In this document: positions 40,631 to 51,195 of the stretch, piece after piece
Numbering within the stretch: the stretch's first letter is position 1
Layout: every line of letters starts with the position of its first letter
Source: Pseudomonadota bacterium
GTDB lineage: Bacteria > Pseudomonadota > Gammaproteobacteria > Steroidobacterales > Steroidobacteraceae
Reading direction: 5' to 3'
Assembly (NCBI GenBank): GCA_052035645.1
Contig: JBPOHK010000109.1
Span: forward strand, 798 to 64,797
Length of the DNA stretch: 64,000 nucleotides
Program-made: the position numbers and the translations under genes
The notes under the pieces: generated by a model
What the model saw: the letters and a program-made list of their open reading frames with translations, nothing else
What the model was told of the DNA's origin: nothing
Databases searched by the model: none

Positions 40631-41854
40631 ATGGGCGCCTTCGAGTACGTCGCGGTCGACTCCGCGGGACGCGAGCGCAAGGGCGTCCTGGAGGGCGACA
40701 CGCCCCGCCAGGTCCGCCAGCAGTTGCGCGACCAGAACCTGTTGCCGGTCTCGGTCCAGGAAGTCGTCGAGCAGGAGGCGGAGCGGGCGAAGGCGCGCAC
40801 GGCGTTCCGCTTCCAGCGGGGCCTCGGCGCACTCGACCTCTCGATCATCACCCGCCAGCTGGCGACGCTGGTGAAGTCCTCCCTGCCGCTCGAGGAGGCG
40901 CTGCTGGCCGTCTCCCAGCAGACCGAAAAGCCGCGCGTGCGCAACATCATGCTCGGCGTGCGCTCCAAGGTGATGGAGGGCCACACGCTCGCCGACAGCC
41001 TCGCGGAATTCCCGACCTCGTTCCCGGAGATCTACCGGGCCACGGTCGCCGCGGCCGAGCAGACCGGCCACCAGGACGCGGTGCTCGAGCGCCTCGCCGA
41101 CTACACCGAGAACCGCCAGCAGCTGCGCAGCAAGACGCTGGGCGCCATGCTGTACCCGGTACTGCTGTTCCTCGTGTGCATCACCATCGTGTTCTTCCTG
41201 ATGGTCTCGGTCGTGCCGAAGGTCGTCGAAGTGTACCGCTCGAGCGAGGCGCAGCTGCCGCTCTTGACCTCGATCCTGATCGCCGGCAGCGACTTCCTGC
41301 GCAAGTGGGGCGTCGTGCTGCTGCTGGGAGTGATCGCGGCACTCTGGCTGTTCCGCCGCTGGCTGCGCATCGAGTCGAACCGGCGCCGCTGGCACCAGTT
41401 CCTGCTCACGGTGCCGCTGATCGGCAAGGTCGTGCGCGGCAGCAACACGGCCCGCTTCGCGCGCACGCTCAGCACGCTCACGGCCAGCACCGTGCCGGTG
41501 CTCGAGGCGCTGCGCATCTCGGGCGAGGTCGTCACCAACCTGCCGATGCGCGGCGCGGTGGGCGAAGCCGCCGTGCGGGTGCGCGAGGGCGCGCCGATCG
41601 GCCGCTCCCTGGGGGCCAGCCGGCTGTTCCCGCCGATGATGATCCACCTGATCTCGAGCGGCGAGACCAGCGGCGAGCTCGACACCATGCTCGAGCGCGC
41701 CGCGCAGCACCAGGAGCGCGAACTCGACTCCACGCTGCAGGCCGTGGTCGGCCTGCTCGGCCCGATCATGATCCTGGTGATGGGCGGCGTGGTGCTGCTG
41801 ATCGTGCTGGCGATGCTGCTGCCGATCTTCCAGCTCAACGACCTGGTCAAATAG
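40631..41854 (+). CDS. gspF: type II secretion system inner-membrane platform protein GspF
   Basis: 407 aa starting MGAFEYVAVDSAGRERKGVLEGDTPRQVRQQLR, with two GspF repeats and three TM segments. Confidence 0.93.
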   Translation: MGAFEYVAVDSAGRERKGVLEGDTPRQVRQQLRDQNLLPVSVQEVVEQEAERAKARTAFRFQRGLGALDLSIITRQLATLVKSSLPLEEALLAVSQQTEKPRVRNIMLGVRSKVMEGHTLADSLAEFPTSFPEIYRATVAAAEQTGHQDAVLERLADYTENRQQLRSKTLGAMLYPVLLFLVCITIVFFLMVSVVPKVVEVYRSSEAQLPLLTSILIAGSDFLRKWGVVLLLGVIAALWLFRRWLRIESNRRRWHQFLLTVPLIGKVVRGSNTARFARTLSTLTASTVPVLEALRISGEVVTNLPMRGAVGEAAVRVREGAPIGRSLGASRLFPPMMIHLISSGETSGELDTMLERAAQHQERELDSTLQAVVGLLGPIMILVMGGVVLLIVLAMLLPIFQLNDLVK

Positions 41855-41929
41855 GGGACACTCACTATTTTTCGAGGCGAGGATGGCTCGCGGGCGAGCA
41901 TGTCCCGTCGAAAAATAGTGAGTGTCCCC
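41854..41929. repeat. long palindromic intergenic element, GGGGACA...TGTCCCC type (copy B)
   Basis: Perfect 22-nt arms GGGGACACTCACTATTTTTCGA (41854-41875) and TCGAAAAATAGTGAGTGTCCCC (41908-41929) around a 32-nt centre with its own small hairpin (GCGAG-GATGG-CTCGC). Begins inside the gspF stop codon and ends 3 nt from the yhhQ stop. Confidence 0.85.
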
Positions 41930-41932
41930 AGG

Positions 41933-42703
41933 TCAGTCCGCGGCGGCCTCGGCCTTGAGGCGGGCGGCCTCGCGCGGTCCCAGGTAGGCCTCGATGCGGT
42001 TGCGCGCCAGGTAGATCAGCGGGCTCAGCAGCACCGCCATCGCCATCTTGTAGCAGTAGTTGACCGTGCCGACCGCAAGGAACAGCGAGATCGGCCACTG
42101 CTGCGGCCCGAGCACGAAGGCGATGTAGAGCACCACGAAGCTGTCGAGCAGCTGCGACACGGCCGTGGAGGCCGTCGCGCGCAGCCAGATCCAGCGCTCG
42201 CCCGTCAGTTCGCGGATCCGGTGGAAGATCGCCACGTCGATCACCTGCCCGACCAGGAACGCCGTCAACGAGCCGCCGATGGTCCACAGCCCCTGGCCGA
42301 ACACCGACGCGTAGGCGGCCTGCATGTCCGGCACGCCGTTCGCCTCGTTGACCGACACCCACCAGTCCGCCGGGGCGAGGTGGATGGCCGCATAGGCGAA
42401 GACGAACGCGTAGCAGATCATGCCGGCCGCCGCGAACGAGATGAGGCGCACGCCCCGGCGTCCGAAGTACTCGTTGATGACGTCGGTCATGATGAACACG
42501 ATCGGCCACAGCAGGACGCCGGCCGTGAAGCTCAGCGACCCCGTCTGCCCGAACAGGTCCCAGCCGAACGGCGGCAGCCCGAGCGTGCGCTCGAGCGCGA
42601 AGATCTTCACGCCGACGAACTCGGCGACGATGGCATTGCCCACGAAGAAGGCCGTGAGCAGCATGAACAGTCGCGTCGGGCGGGACGCGAGCGAAGCAGT
42701 CAT
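41933..42703 (-). CDS. yhhQ: YhhQ/DUF165-family queuosine-precursor transporter
   Basis: 256 aa starting at ATG 42703 (MTASLASRPTRLFMLLTAFFVGNAIVAEF...LWPIVFIMTDVINEYFG...). Polytopic membrane protein. Confidence 0.8.
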   Translation of the reverse strand: MTASLASRPTRLFMLLTAFFVGNAIVAEFVGVKIFALERTLGLPPFGWDLFGQTGSLSFTAGVLLWPIVFIMTDVINEYFGRRGVRLISFAAAGMICYAFVFAYAAIHLAPADWWVSVNEANGVPDMQAAYASVFGQGLWTIGGSLTAFLVGQVIDVAIFHRIRELTGERWIWLRATASTAVSQLLDSFVVLYIAFVLGPQQWPISLFLAVGTVNYCYKMAMAVLLSPLIYLARNRIEAYLGPREAARLKAEAAAD

Positions 42704-42765
42704 CGGGGCACCTCGGGCCGGCCGGCGGAAGCGCGAGGATACACGGGCCCACGGGCCCGGCCGCG

Positions 42766-42969
42766 TCAGCGGTCGAGGCCGTCCCGCTGGAACCAGGCGC
42801 GCAGCCGGCGGATCACCGTGTCCTCCCAGCCGTACCCGTCGTCCCCGCCGGCGACGGCGTGGTCGTCGCCCCCGGGGGCCCCGACCGGGCGGGCCGGCAG
42901 CGCCTCCATGCGACCGGCCACCCGGCGCAGTGCGGTCGTCTCCCAGTCGTCGTCGAATTCGTCCGGCAC
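42766..42969 (-). CDS. small acidic hypothetical protein (67 aa)
   Basis: GTG 42969 has GGGAGA 6 nt upstream. Third-position GC is near-saturated from this codon on, but not in the upstream part of the 90-aa track ORF. Sequence: VPDEFDDDWETTALRR...GGDDGYGWEDTVIRRLRAWFQRDGLDR. Confidence 0.45.
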   Translation of the reverse strand: MPDEFDDDWETTALRRVAGRMEALPARPVGAPGGDDHAVAGGDDGYGWEDTVIRRLRAWFQRDGLDR

Positions 42970-43054
42970 GGCGCGTCTCCCTGGCCTGTGCCGGCACCTT
43001 ACCTGCCGGATGTGACGATGACGTGCGACCCCGGTCACACCCCGCGAATCGCGC

Positions 43055-43486
43055 TCAGTCCTCGCACTTGCGCAACCGCAGCAGGTCGCGCCGCTCGCGC
43101 TTGTCCGGGCGACCCTGGGACCCGGGCCCGGCCAGCCGGGCGAACTCCCGTGCCTGCTCCCGGGCCGCGATGCTCTCCGGCGATTCGACGTAATGCCGGC
43201 GCGCCTCCGCCCCCGGCCCCCGGCGCGCGGGGATGCCGGTGACCTCGACCTCGTAGCGCTCGCGCTCGCGCGTGATGCGCAACCGGTCGCCGACCCTCAC
43301 GTGGCGCGAGGGTTTCACCCGCTCGCCGTTGACCTGCACGTGCCCGCCCTCGACGGCCGCCTGGGCCAGGCTGCGCGTCTTGAAGAACCGTGCGCACCAG
43401 AGCCACTTGTCGATGCGCAGGTCGGCCCCGGCACCCCCGCCGGGCTGCCCGGCCCCCTCGTCCCCGGCGATTTTCTGCATGGCCAC
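43055..43486 (-). CDS. hslR: ribosome-associated heat-shock protein Hsp15 (S4 RNA-binding domain)
   Basis: 143 aa with [37 protein letters not shown]. Start is GTG 43486 or ATG 43480. Confidence 0.85.
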   Translation of the reverse strand: MAMQKIAGDEGAGQPGGGAGADLRIDKWLWCARFFKTRSLAQAAVEGGHVQVNGERVKPSRHVRVGDRLRITRERERYEVEVTGIPARRGPGAEARRHYVESPESIAAREQAREFARLAGPGSQGRPDKRERRDLLRLRKCED

Positions 43487-43492
43487 GCGGCG

Positions 43493-43511
43493 ATTATAGG
43501 CCGCCTATAAT
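43493..43511. promoter_or_regulatory. palindrome carrying perfect -10 boxes on both strands (divergent hslR / kbl promoters)
   Basis: ATTATAGG-CCG-CCTATAAT. TATAAT reads on the plus strand at 43506-43511 (kbl ATG at 43537, GGAG at 43525), and on the minus strand as the complement of 43493-43498 (hslR GTG at 43486). The -35 boxes are poor. Confidence 0.5.
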
Positions 43512-43536
43512 CCACCGCCTCGCCGGAGCCCAAGCC

Positions 43537-44727
<1,191 letters not shown>

Positions 44728-44748
44728 GCACTGGGGAGACTCGCAGAC

Positions 44749-45777
44749 ATGAAGGCACTGGTGAAGTCGCAGCGCGCGCCCGGCATCTGGATGGAGAGCG
44801 TGCCCGAGCCGAAGCCCGGTCCGAACGACGTGCTGATCCGCGTGCGCAAGACCGCGATCTGCGGCACCGACATCCACATCTACAACTGGGACCAGTGGGC
44901 GCAGAAGACCGTCCCGGTGCCGATGCACGTCGGCCACGAGTACGTCGGCGAGATCGTCGAGGTGGGCAGCGAGGTGCAGGGGTTCGCCGTCGGCGACCGC
45001 GTCTCCGGCGAGGGGCACATCACCTGCGGCTACTGCCGCAACTGCCGCGCCGGCCGCCGGCACCTGTGCCGCAACACGGTGGGCGTGGGCGTCAACCGGC
45101 CGGGCTGCTTCGCCGAATACCTCGTCATCCCGGCGTTCAACGCCTTCAGGCTGCCTGCGTCGATCACGGACGACGTGGCGTCGATCCTCGACCCCTTCGG
45201 CAACGCGACCCACACCGCGCTCTCGTTCAACCTCGTCGGCGAGGACGTGCTGATCACCGGCGCCGGCCCGATCGGCTGCATGGCCGTGGCCATCGCCCGC
45301 CACGTCGGCGCCCGCCACGTCGTGATCACCGACGTGAACGACTATCGGCTGGACCTCGCCCGGCGCATGGGCGCCTCGAAGGCCATCAACGTCAGCCACC
45401 AGTCGCTCGACGACGCGATGCGCGAGCTCGGCATGGTCGAGGGCTTCGACGTCGGCCTCGAGATGTCCGGCAACCCCTCCGCCTTCCGCGACCTGCTGCG
45501 CACCATGCACCACGGCGGCAGCGTGGCGCTGCTCGGCATCCCGCCCGACAACACCGCCATCGACTGGAACGAGGTGATCTTCAAGGGCCTGGTGCTGAAG
45601 GGCATCTACGGCCGGGAGATGTTCGAAACCTGGTACAAGATGGCCGCCATGCTGCAGAGCGGCCTCGACATCTCGCCGATCATCACCCACCGGCTGCCGG
45701 TGGCCGAGTACCGGCAGGGCTTCGAGATCATGCGCAGCGGCCAGTCCGGCAAGGTGATCCTCGACTGGGCCGCCTGA
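44749..45777 (+). CDS. tdh: L-threonine 3-dehydrogenase
   Basis: 342 aa with [19 protein letters not shown] and GAGPIGCMA. Immediately follows kbl, the classical kbl-tdh pair. Confidence 0.93.
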   Translation: MKALVKSQRAPGIWMESVPEPKPGPNDVLIRVRKTAICGTDIHIYNWDQWAQKTVPVPMHVGHEYVGEIVEVGSEVQGFAVGDRVSGEGHITCGYCRNCRAGRRHLCRNTVGVGVNRPGCFAEYLVIPAFNAFRLPASITDDVASILDPFGNATHTALSFNLVGEDVLITGAGPIGCMAVAIARHVGARHVVITDVNDYRLDLARRMGASKAINVSHQSLDDAMRELGMVEGFDVGLEMSGNPSAFRDLLRTMHHGGSVALLGIPPDNTAIDWNEVIFKGLVLKGIYGREMFETWYKMAAMLQSGLDISPIITHRLPVAEYRQGFEIMRSGQSGKVILDWAA

Positions 45778-45781
45778 GCGA

Positions 45782-45798
45782 CGCCCCGTTTCGGGGCG
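45782..45798 (+). terminator. small hairpin after tdh (weak terminator candidate)
   Basis: CGCCCCG-TTT-CGGGGCG, a 7-bp stem 4 nt after the stop. No T tract follows. Confidence 0.3.
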
Positions 45799-45927
45799 CA
45801 AGCGGCTGATCGGGCTCCGGATTTCGTACTGCGCTGATGCGCGTCGCGCCGCCGGATAGTACATTCGGAGGATGGCGGCCGGGCCCGGTCCGGCGGCCGT
45901 TCCACCCCCACTTCCAGGAAGCCTGCC

Positions 45928-46992
45928 ATGCCACTCGTCTCCATGCGCCAGTTGCTCGACCACGCTGCCGAAAACGGCTACGGACTGCCCGCCTTCAACG
46001 TGAACAACCTCGAGCAGGTGCGGGCCATCATGGAGGCCGCCGACGAGACCAACAGCCCGGTGATCATGCAGGGCTCGGCCGGCGCCCGTAAGTACGCGGG
46101 CGAGGCCTTCCTGCGGCACCTGATCCAGGCGGCCATCGAGGCCTATCCGCACATCCCGGTGGTCATGCACCAGGACCACGGCCAGTCGCCGGCGGTCTGC
46201 ATGTCCGCGATCCGCTCGGGCTTCTCGAGCGTGATGATGGACGGCTCGCTCAAGGAAGACGGCAAGACGCCGTCGAGCTACGACTACAACGTCGAGACCT
46301 CGCGCAAGGTCGTCGACTTCTCGCACGCGATCGGCGTCACCGTCGAGGCCGAACTCGGCGTGCTCGGCTCGCTCGAGACCATGAAGGCCGACAAGGAAGA
46401 CGGCCACGGCGCCGAAGGCCACATGACGCGCGAGGACCTGCTCACCGACGCGAACCAGGCCGCCGACTTCGTCCAGCGGACGCAGTGCGACGCGCTCGCG
46501 ATCGCCATCGGCACCTCGCACGGAGCGTACAAGTTCACGCGCAAGCCCACGGGCGACATCCTCGCGATCGACCGCATCAAGGAGATCCACGCGCGCATCC
46601 CGAACACGCACCTCGTGATGCACGGCTCCTCGAGCGTGCCGCAGGAGTGGCTCGAGATCATCCGCAAGTACGGCGGCCAGATGAAGGAAACCTACGGCGT
46701 GCCGGTCGAGGAGATCGTCACCGGCATCAAGCACGGCGTGCGCAAGGTGAACATCGACACCGACATCCGCCTCGCCATGACCGGCGCCATCCGCAAGCAC
46801 ATGTCGGAGAAGCCCTCGGAGTTCGACCCGCGCAAGTTCCTCGCCGACGCGCAGGTGGCCGCGCGCGGCATCTGCAAGCTGCGCTACGAGGCGTTCGGCT
46901 GCGCGGGCCAGGCCTCGAAGATCAAGCCGCTGTCGCTCGAGAAGATGGCCGAGCGCTACAAGAAGGGCGAGCTCAACCAGATCGTCAACTGA
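45928..46992 (+). CDS. fba: class II fructose-bisphosphate aldolase (354-aa, Calvin-cycle/FbaA subtype)
   Basis: [30 protein letters not shown]..., VMHQDHG, MMDGS and [10 protein letters not shown]. Confidence 0.93.
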   Translation: MPLVSMRQLLDHAAENGYGLPAFNVNNLEQVRAIMEAADETNSPVIMQGSAGARKYAGEAFLRHLIQAAIEAYPHIPVVMHQDHGQSPAVCMSAIRSGFSSVMMDGSLKEDGKTPSSYDYNVETSRKVVDFSHAIGVTVEAELGVLGSLETMKADKEDGHGAEGHMTREDLLTDANQAADFVQRTQCDALAIAIGTSHGAYKFTRKPTGDILAIDRIKEIHARIPNTHLVMHGSSSVPQEWLEIIRKYGGQMKETYGVPVEEIVTGIKHGVRKVNIDTDIRLAMTGAIRKHMSEKPSEFDPRKFLADAQVAARGICKLRYEAFGCAGQASKIKPLSLEKMAERYKKGELNQIVN

Positions 46993-47013
46993 CCGTCCGC
47001 GCATCTTGCGAGT

Positions 47014-47043
47014 GACGCGCCCGGCCCCCCGGCCGGGCGCGTC
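47014..47043 (+). terminator. GC hairpin after fba (putative terminator)
   Basis: Perfect 13-bp stem GACGCGCCCGGCC / GGCCGGGCGCGTC with loop CCCC, followed by GTGTGTG. Confidence 0.55.
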
Positions 47044-47074
47044 GTGTGTGCCCCCCTGCCCGAGTGTCCGACCG

Positions 47075-48148
47075 ATGACCCGCCTCCTCGACCGCCTCGA
47101 GTTCCGCCACGGCCCGGCCATGGCGAACCGCTTCATGCTCGCCCCGCTCACCAACACCCAGAGCCACCCCGACGGCCGGCTGTCTGACGACGAGTACCGC
47201 TGGCTGACGATGCGCGCCGAGGGCGGCTTCGGCCTGACCATGACCTGCGCGGCGCACGTGCAGGCCGGCGGACAGGGCTTCCCGGGCCAGCTCGGCATCT
47301 ACTCGGACGCACACCTCGAGGGCCTCACGCGGCTCGCCGCCGGCATCCGGCGCGCGGGCAGCCTCGCCGCCGTGCAACTGCACCACGCCGGACTGCGCTC
47401 GCCCAAGGCGCTGGTCGGCACGCCGGTGGCGCCCTCCGCCGACGCCGAGACCGGCGCCCGCGAGCTGACGCTGGCGGAGATCGGCCAGCTGGTCGAGGAC
47501 TTCGTCGCGGCCGCGGTGCGTGCCGAGCGGGCGGGCTTCGACGGCGTCGAACTGCACGGTGCCCACGGCTACGTGCTGTGCTCGTTCCTGAGCCCCGAGA
47601 CCAACCGTCGCACCGACGCCTACGGCGGCCCGCTCGCCAACCGCGCGCGCATCCTGTTCGAGATCGTCGCCGGCATCCGCGCCCGCTGCCGCGGCGACTT
47701 CCAGGTCGGCGTGCGCCTCTCGCCGGAGCGCTTCGGACTGCGCACGCCCGAGGTCGCCGAGGTCGCCCAGCGCCTGATGCGCGAGGCCGACATCGACTAC
47801 ATCGACATGTCGCTGTGGGACGTGTTCAAGGCGCCGATGGACGAATCGCTGCAGGGCCGCAGCCTGTGGTCGATCTTCGATTCGCTCGAGCGGGGCGCGG
47901 TGCGGCTCGGCGTCGCGGGCAAGATCATGAGCGCCGCCGACGCGGCACGCTGCCTCGAGGCCGGCGCGGATTTCGTGACCATCGGCCGCGCAGCCATCCT
48001 GCGCCACGACTTCCCGCGGCGCGCGGCGGCCGACCCGGCCTACGTCTCGCCCGACCTGCCGGTGCCGGCCGGGCACCTGGCGGCGGAAGGCCTCGGACCG
48101 GCGTTCGTCGACTACATGCGCAGCTGGAAGGGCTTCGTCGCCGATTAG
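47075..48148 (+). CDS. NADH:flavin oxidoreductase (Old Yellow Enzyme family)
   Basis: ATG 47075 (MTRLLDRLEFRHGPAMANRFMLAPLTN). Contains GFDGVELHGAHGYVLCSFLSPETNRRTDAYGG. Confidence 0.85.
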   Translation: MTRLLDRLEFRHGPAMANRFMLAPLTNTQSHPDGRLSDDEYRWLTMRAEGGFGLTMTCAAHVQAGGQGFPGQLGIYSDAHLEGLTRLAAGIRRAGSLAAVQLHHAGLRSPKALVGTPVAPSADAETGARELTLAEIGQLVEDFVAAAVRAERAGFDGVELHGAHGYVLCSFLSPETNRRTDAYGGPLANRARILFEIVAGIRARCRGDFQVGVRLSPERFGLRTPEVAEVAQRLMREADIDYIDMSLWDVFKAPMDESLQGRSLWSIFDSLERGAVRLGVAGKIMSAADAARCLEAGADFVTIGRAAILRHDFPRRAAADPAYVSPDLPVPAGHLAAEGLGPAFVDYMRSWKGFVAD

Positions 48149-48161
48149 CCGGCTGGCGCGG

Positions 48162-48983
48162 CTAGCCGTGCCAGTCGATGGCGCCGGTCCACGCCGTGGC
48201 GAGCACGACCAGGCCGAAGGCGATGCGGTACCAGGCGAACGGCACGAAGGTGTGCGTGGCGACGTAGCGCAGCAGCCAGCGCACGCACGCGAAGGCCGAG
48301 ACGAAGGCCGTCACCATGCCGACCACCCACAGGCCGAGGTCGTCCATGCTGAGCAGGTGGCGCTCCTTGTAGAGCGAATACACCGAGGCGAGGCCCAGCG
48401 TCGGGATGGCCAGGTAGAAGGTGAACTCGGTGGCGACCTGGCGGGACAGCCCGAAGAGCATGCCGCCGATGATCGTCGCGCCGGAGCGGCTGGTGCCCGG
48501 CACCAGCGCGAGCGCCTGCGCCAGCCCGACCTTGAGCGCGTCGAGCGCCGTCATCTCCTCGACCGTGTGCACCCGCACCGTGTGGCTGCGCCGCTCGGCC
48601 CACAGGATGACGAAACCGCCGGCGATGAACGCCGCGGCCACGGTCGGCGCGTTGAACAGGTTCGCCTTCAGCGCCTTGCCGAAGGCGAGGCCCAGCAGCG
48701 CGAGCGGCAGGAACGCGATGCCGATGTTGACGATGAGGCGCTGCGAGGCGCGGTCCGTGAGGGCGCCGGCGGCCATCGACAGCAGCCGCCGGCGGAACTC
48801 CCAGACGACCGCCAGGATCGCGCCGGACTGGATCACGATCTCGAACAGCTTGCCGCGCTCGTCGTTGAAGTCGAGCAGCGTCGCGGCGAGGATCAGGTGG
48901 CCCGTGCTGGAGACCGGCAGGAATTCCGTGAGGCCTTCGACGACGCCGAGGATCGCGGCCTTGAGCAGCAGCAGCAGGTCCAT
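48162..48983 (-). CDS. uppP: undecaprenyl-diphosphate phosphatase
   Basis: 273 aa starting [32 protein letters not shown], with [10 protein letters not shown]. Confidence 0.93.
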   Translation of the reverse strand: MDLLLLLKAAILGVVEGLTEFLPVSSTGHLILAATLLDFNDERGKLFEIVIQSGAILAVVWEFRRRLLSMAAGALTDRASQRLIVNIGIAFLPLALLGLAFGKALKANLFNAPTVAAAFIAGGFVILWAERRSHTVRVHTVEEMTALDALKVGLAQALALVPGTSRSGATIIGGMLFGLSRQVATEFTFYLAIPTLGLASVYSLYKERHLLSMDDLGLWVVGMVTAFVSAFACVRWLLRYVATHTFVPFAWYRIAFGLVVLATAWTGAIDWHG

Positions 48984-48986
48984 GGT

Positions 48987-50831
48987 TCAGTCCGGGCTGC
49001 AGGCGAGGCAGTAGGCGTACATGCTACGCGGGTCGGCCAGGCGCTCGAGGCGCTGCATCTCGGCGACCATCGGCGCAAGCGCGCGCGGGAGCTTCGGCAA
49101 CGCGTCGCGCGGCAGCAGCGGGGCGACCACGCGGGCGGCCGCCGTGCGCAGGTTGAGGCCGAGCGCCTCGCCGAGGCCGGTCTCGCGATCGTCGTACAGG
49201 ACGTCGTAGTCGTCGCCGAGATCGGCGAGCTTCGCGGCCAGGCGCACCGCGTCCTCGTAGCCGCCGAGTTCGTCGACCAGCCCGAGCTTCTTCGCGTCCG
49301 TGCCGGACCACACCCGCCCCTGCGCGATCGCGTCGATCTCCTCGAGCGGCTTCTTGCGCGCGGCCGCCACGTGGCCGATGAACTCGCGGTAGCCGTTCTC
49401 GATGGACTGCTGCAGGATCTCGCGCGCAGGCTCGCCGATCGGGCGATCGGCGCGGAATTCGCCGGCCAGCGCCGTGGTGCCGACCCCGTCCACGTGCACG
49501 CCGACCTTCTCGAGCGTGCGGTGGAAGGTCGGGAACATCGCGAAGATACCGATCGAGCCGGTCAGCGTGGCCGGGCTCGCCACGATGCGGTCCGCGTCCA
49601 TGGCGATGTAGTAGCCGCCCGAGGCGGCGAGGCTGCTCATCGAGGCGACCACCGGCTTGCCGGCCTTCTTCAGCGCCTCGACCTCGCGGCGGATCACCTC
49701 GCTCGCGAACACGCTGCCGCCCGGGCTGTCGATGCGCAGCACCACGGCCTTCACGTCGTCGTCGAAGCGCAGGTCGCGCAGCTGCTGCGCCAGCGTGTCC
49801 GAGCCGACCATGCCCGGGGCCTGCTCGCCCGGCACGATGTCGCCGCTCGCGACGACCACGGCGACCCGGTTCGACGGCTTGCTCTCGAGCGCCTCGCCCG
49901 AGCGCACGTTCGCGAGGTAGGACTCGTAGTCCACGCCCTTGTACGAATGCCTGTCCTCGTCCTCGCCGGTGATGGCGGCGAGCCGCTCCTCGACCTGGTA
50001 GCGGCCCTCGAGCCCGGTCACCAGCCCCGCGTCGAGCGCCATGCGGGCGAGGCTGCCGTCGGCCTTGCGCAGCGCGGCCACGGCGTCGTCGGCGTAGGCC
50101 TGCAGCGCCTCGGGCTTGATCTCGCGCGCCGCCGCGACGTCGGCCTTGTAGGTGCCCCACAGCGAGTTGAGCCACGCGAGGCTCTCCTCGCGCTCGGCGG
50201 GCGACATGTCGTTGCGGGTGAACATCTCGACCGCCGACTTGTACTGACCGACCCGGAACACGTTCCAGTCGACCTGCAGCTTGTCGAGCGCGTCCTTGAT
50301 GAACGTGCCGTAGTTGGCGTAGCCGTCGACGTAGACGACGCCCTGGGGGTCGAGGTAGACCTCGCCGGCGTGCGCCGCGAGGTAGTACTGTGGCTGGTCG
50401 TAGAAGTCGCCGTACGCCAGCACCGGCTTGCCGCTCTTGCGGAACGCGTCGACCGCCGCCGCCACCTCGCCGAGCTTGGCGAGCCCGCCGCCGGAGAGGG
50501 CGCCGAGGTCGAGGTAGAGCGCGCTGATCCGGTCGTCGTCCGCCGCCGCCCGGATGGCGTCGACCAGGTCGCGCAGGCGGGTCTCGACCGGGCCCCGGCG
50601 CAGGCTCTGCGCGACGGCCCGCTCGACCGGGTCGCCGGTGAACTGCTCGACCAGCGGCCCCTCCGGCGCGACGACCAGGGCCGCGTTCTCCGGCACGAGC
50701 GGAATGGGGCGCGAGAACAGCGTGCCGATCGCGAGGAAGATCAGCAGCAGCAGCAGCAGGTGCAGGACCTTGCGCAGCCCGTCGAGGCCGCTCCAGATCC
50801 AGTGCAGGACCTTGCCGATGGCACGCAGCAT
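48987..50831 (-). CDS. sppA: signal peptide peptidase SppA, 67K type
   Basis: 614 aa with an N-terminal TM and two ClpP/crotonase-like halves (RIDSPGGSVFASE, SMSSLAASGGYYIA). Confidence 0.9.
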   Translation of the reverse strand: MLRAIGKVLHWIWSGLDGLRKVLHLLLLLLIFLAIGTLFSRPIPLVPENAALVVAPEGPLVEQFTGDPVERAVAQSLRRGPVETRLRDLVDAIRAAADDDRISALYLDLGALSGGGLAKLGEVAAAVDAFRKSGKPVLAYGDFYDQPQYYLAAHAGEVYLDPQGVVYVDGYANYGTFIKDALDKLQVDWNVFRVGQYKSAVEMFTRNDMSPAEREESLAWLNSLWGTYKADVAAAREIKPEALQAYADDAVAALRKADGSLARMALDAGLVTGLEGRYQVEERLAAITGEDEDRHSYKGVDYESYLANVRSGEALESKPSNRVAVVVASGDIVPGEQAPGMVGSDTLAQQLRDLRFDDDVKAVVLRIDSPGGSVFASEVIRREVEALKKAGKPVVASMSSLAASGGYYIAMDADRIVASPATLTGSIGIFAMFPTFHRTLEKVGVHVDGVGTTALAGEFRADRPIGEPAREILQQSIENGYREFIGHVAAARKKPLEEIDAIAQGRVWSGTDAKKLGLVDELGGYEDAVRLAAKLADLGDDYDVLYDDRETGLGEALGLNLRTAAARVVAPLLPRDALPKLPRALAPMVAEMQRLERLADPRSMYAYCLACSPD

Positions 50832-50850
50832 GCGCGCGCCCGCGCCCGCC

Positions 50851-51195
50851 TCAGACCTTCTCTTCGATGCGCGCGGACTTGCCGGTGCGCTCGCGCAGGA
50901 AGTACAGCTTGGCGCGGCGGACGTGGCCGCGGCGCTTCACCGTGATCGCGCCCAGCGCGGGGCTGTAGGTCTGGAAGACGCGCTCCACGCCCTCGCCGTG
51001 CGAGATCTTGCGCACGGTGAACGAGGAATTGAGGCCGCGGTTGCTCTTGGCGATGACCACGCCCTCGAAGGCCTGCACGCGCTCGCGGTCGCCTTCCTTC
51101 ACCTTGACCTCGACGACGACGGTGTCGCCCGGGCCGAAGTCAGGCACTTCGCGCTTCATGCGCTCGGCTTCGAGCGCGGCAATGATGTTCGTCAT
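50851..51195 (-). CDS. rplS: 50S ribosomal protein L19
   Basis: 114 aa starting [48 protein letters not shown]. Confidence 0.97.
   Translation of the reverse strand: MTNIIAALEAERMKREVPDFGPGDTVVVEVKVKEGDRERVQAFEGVVIAKSNRGLNSSFTVRKISHGEGVERVFQTYSPALGAITVKRRGHVRRAKLYFLRERTGKSARIEEKV

Noticed and set aside
36066-41710. Several 860-1270-aa ORFs on both strands over the gsp region (36066..39101, 36669..39254, 36797..40621, 38858..41710)
   Set aside because: These are off-frame or antisense shadows of gspC/D/E/F. Only the last 507 codons of 36797..40621 (gspE, from GTG 39098) are real.
48168-50945. 925-aa plus-strand ORF
   Set aside because: It is antisense to uppP and sppA, both of which have strong family signatures. 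The composition is low-complexity.
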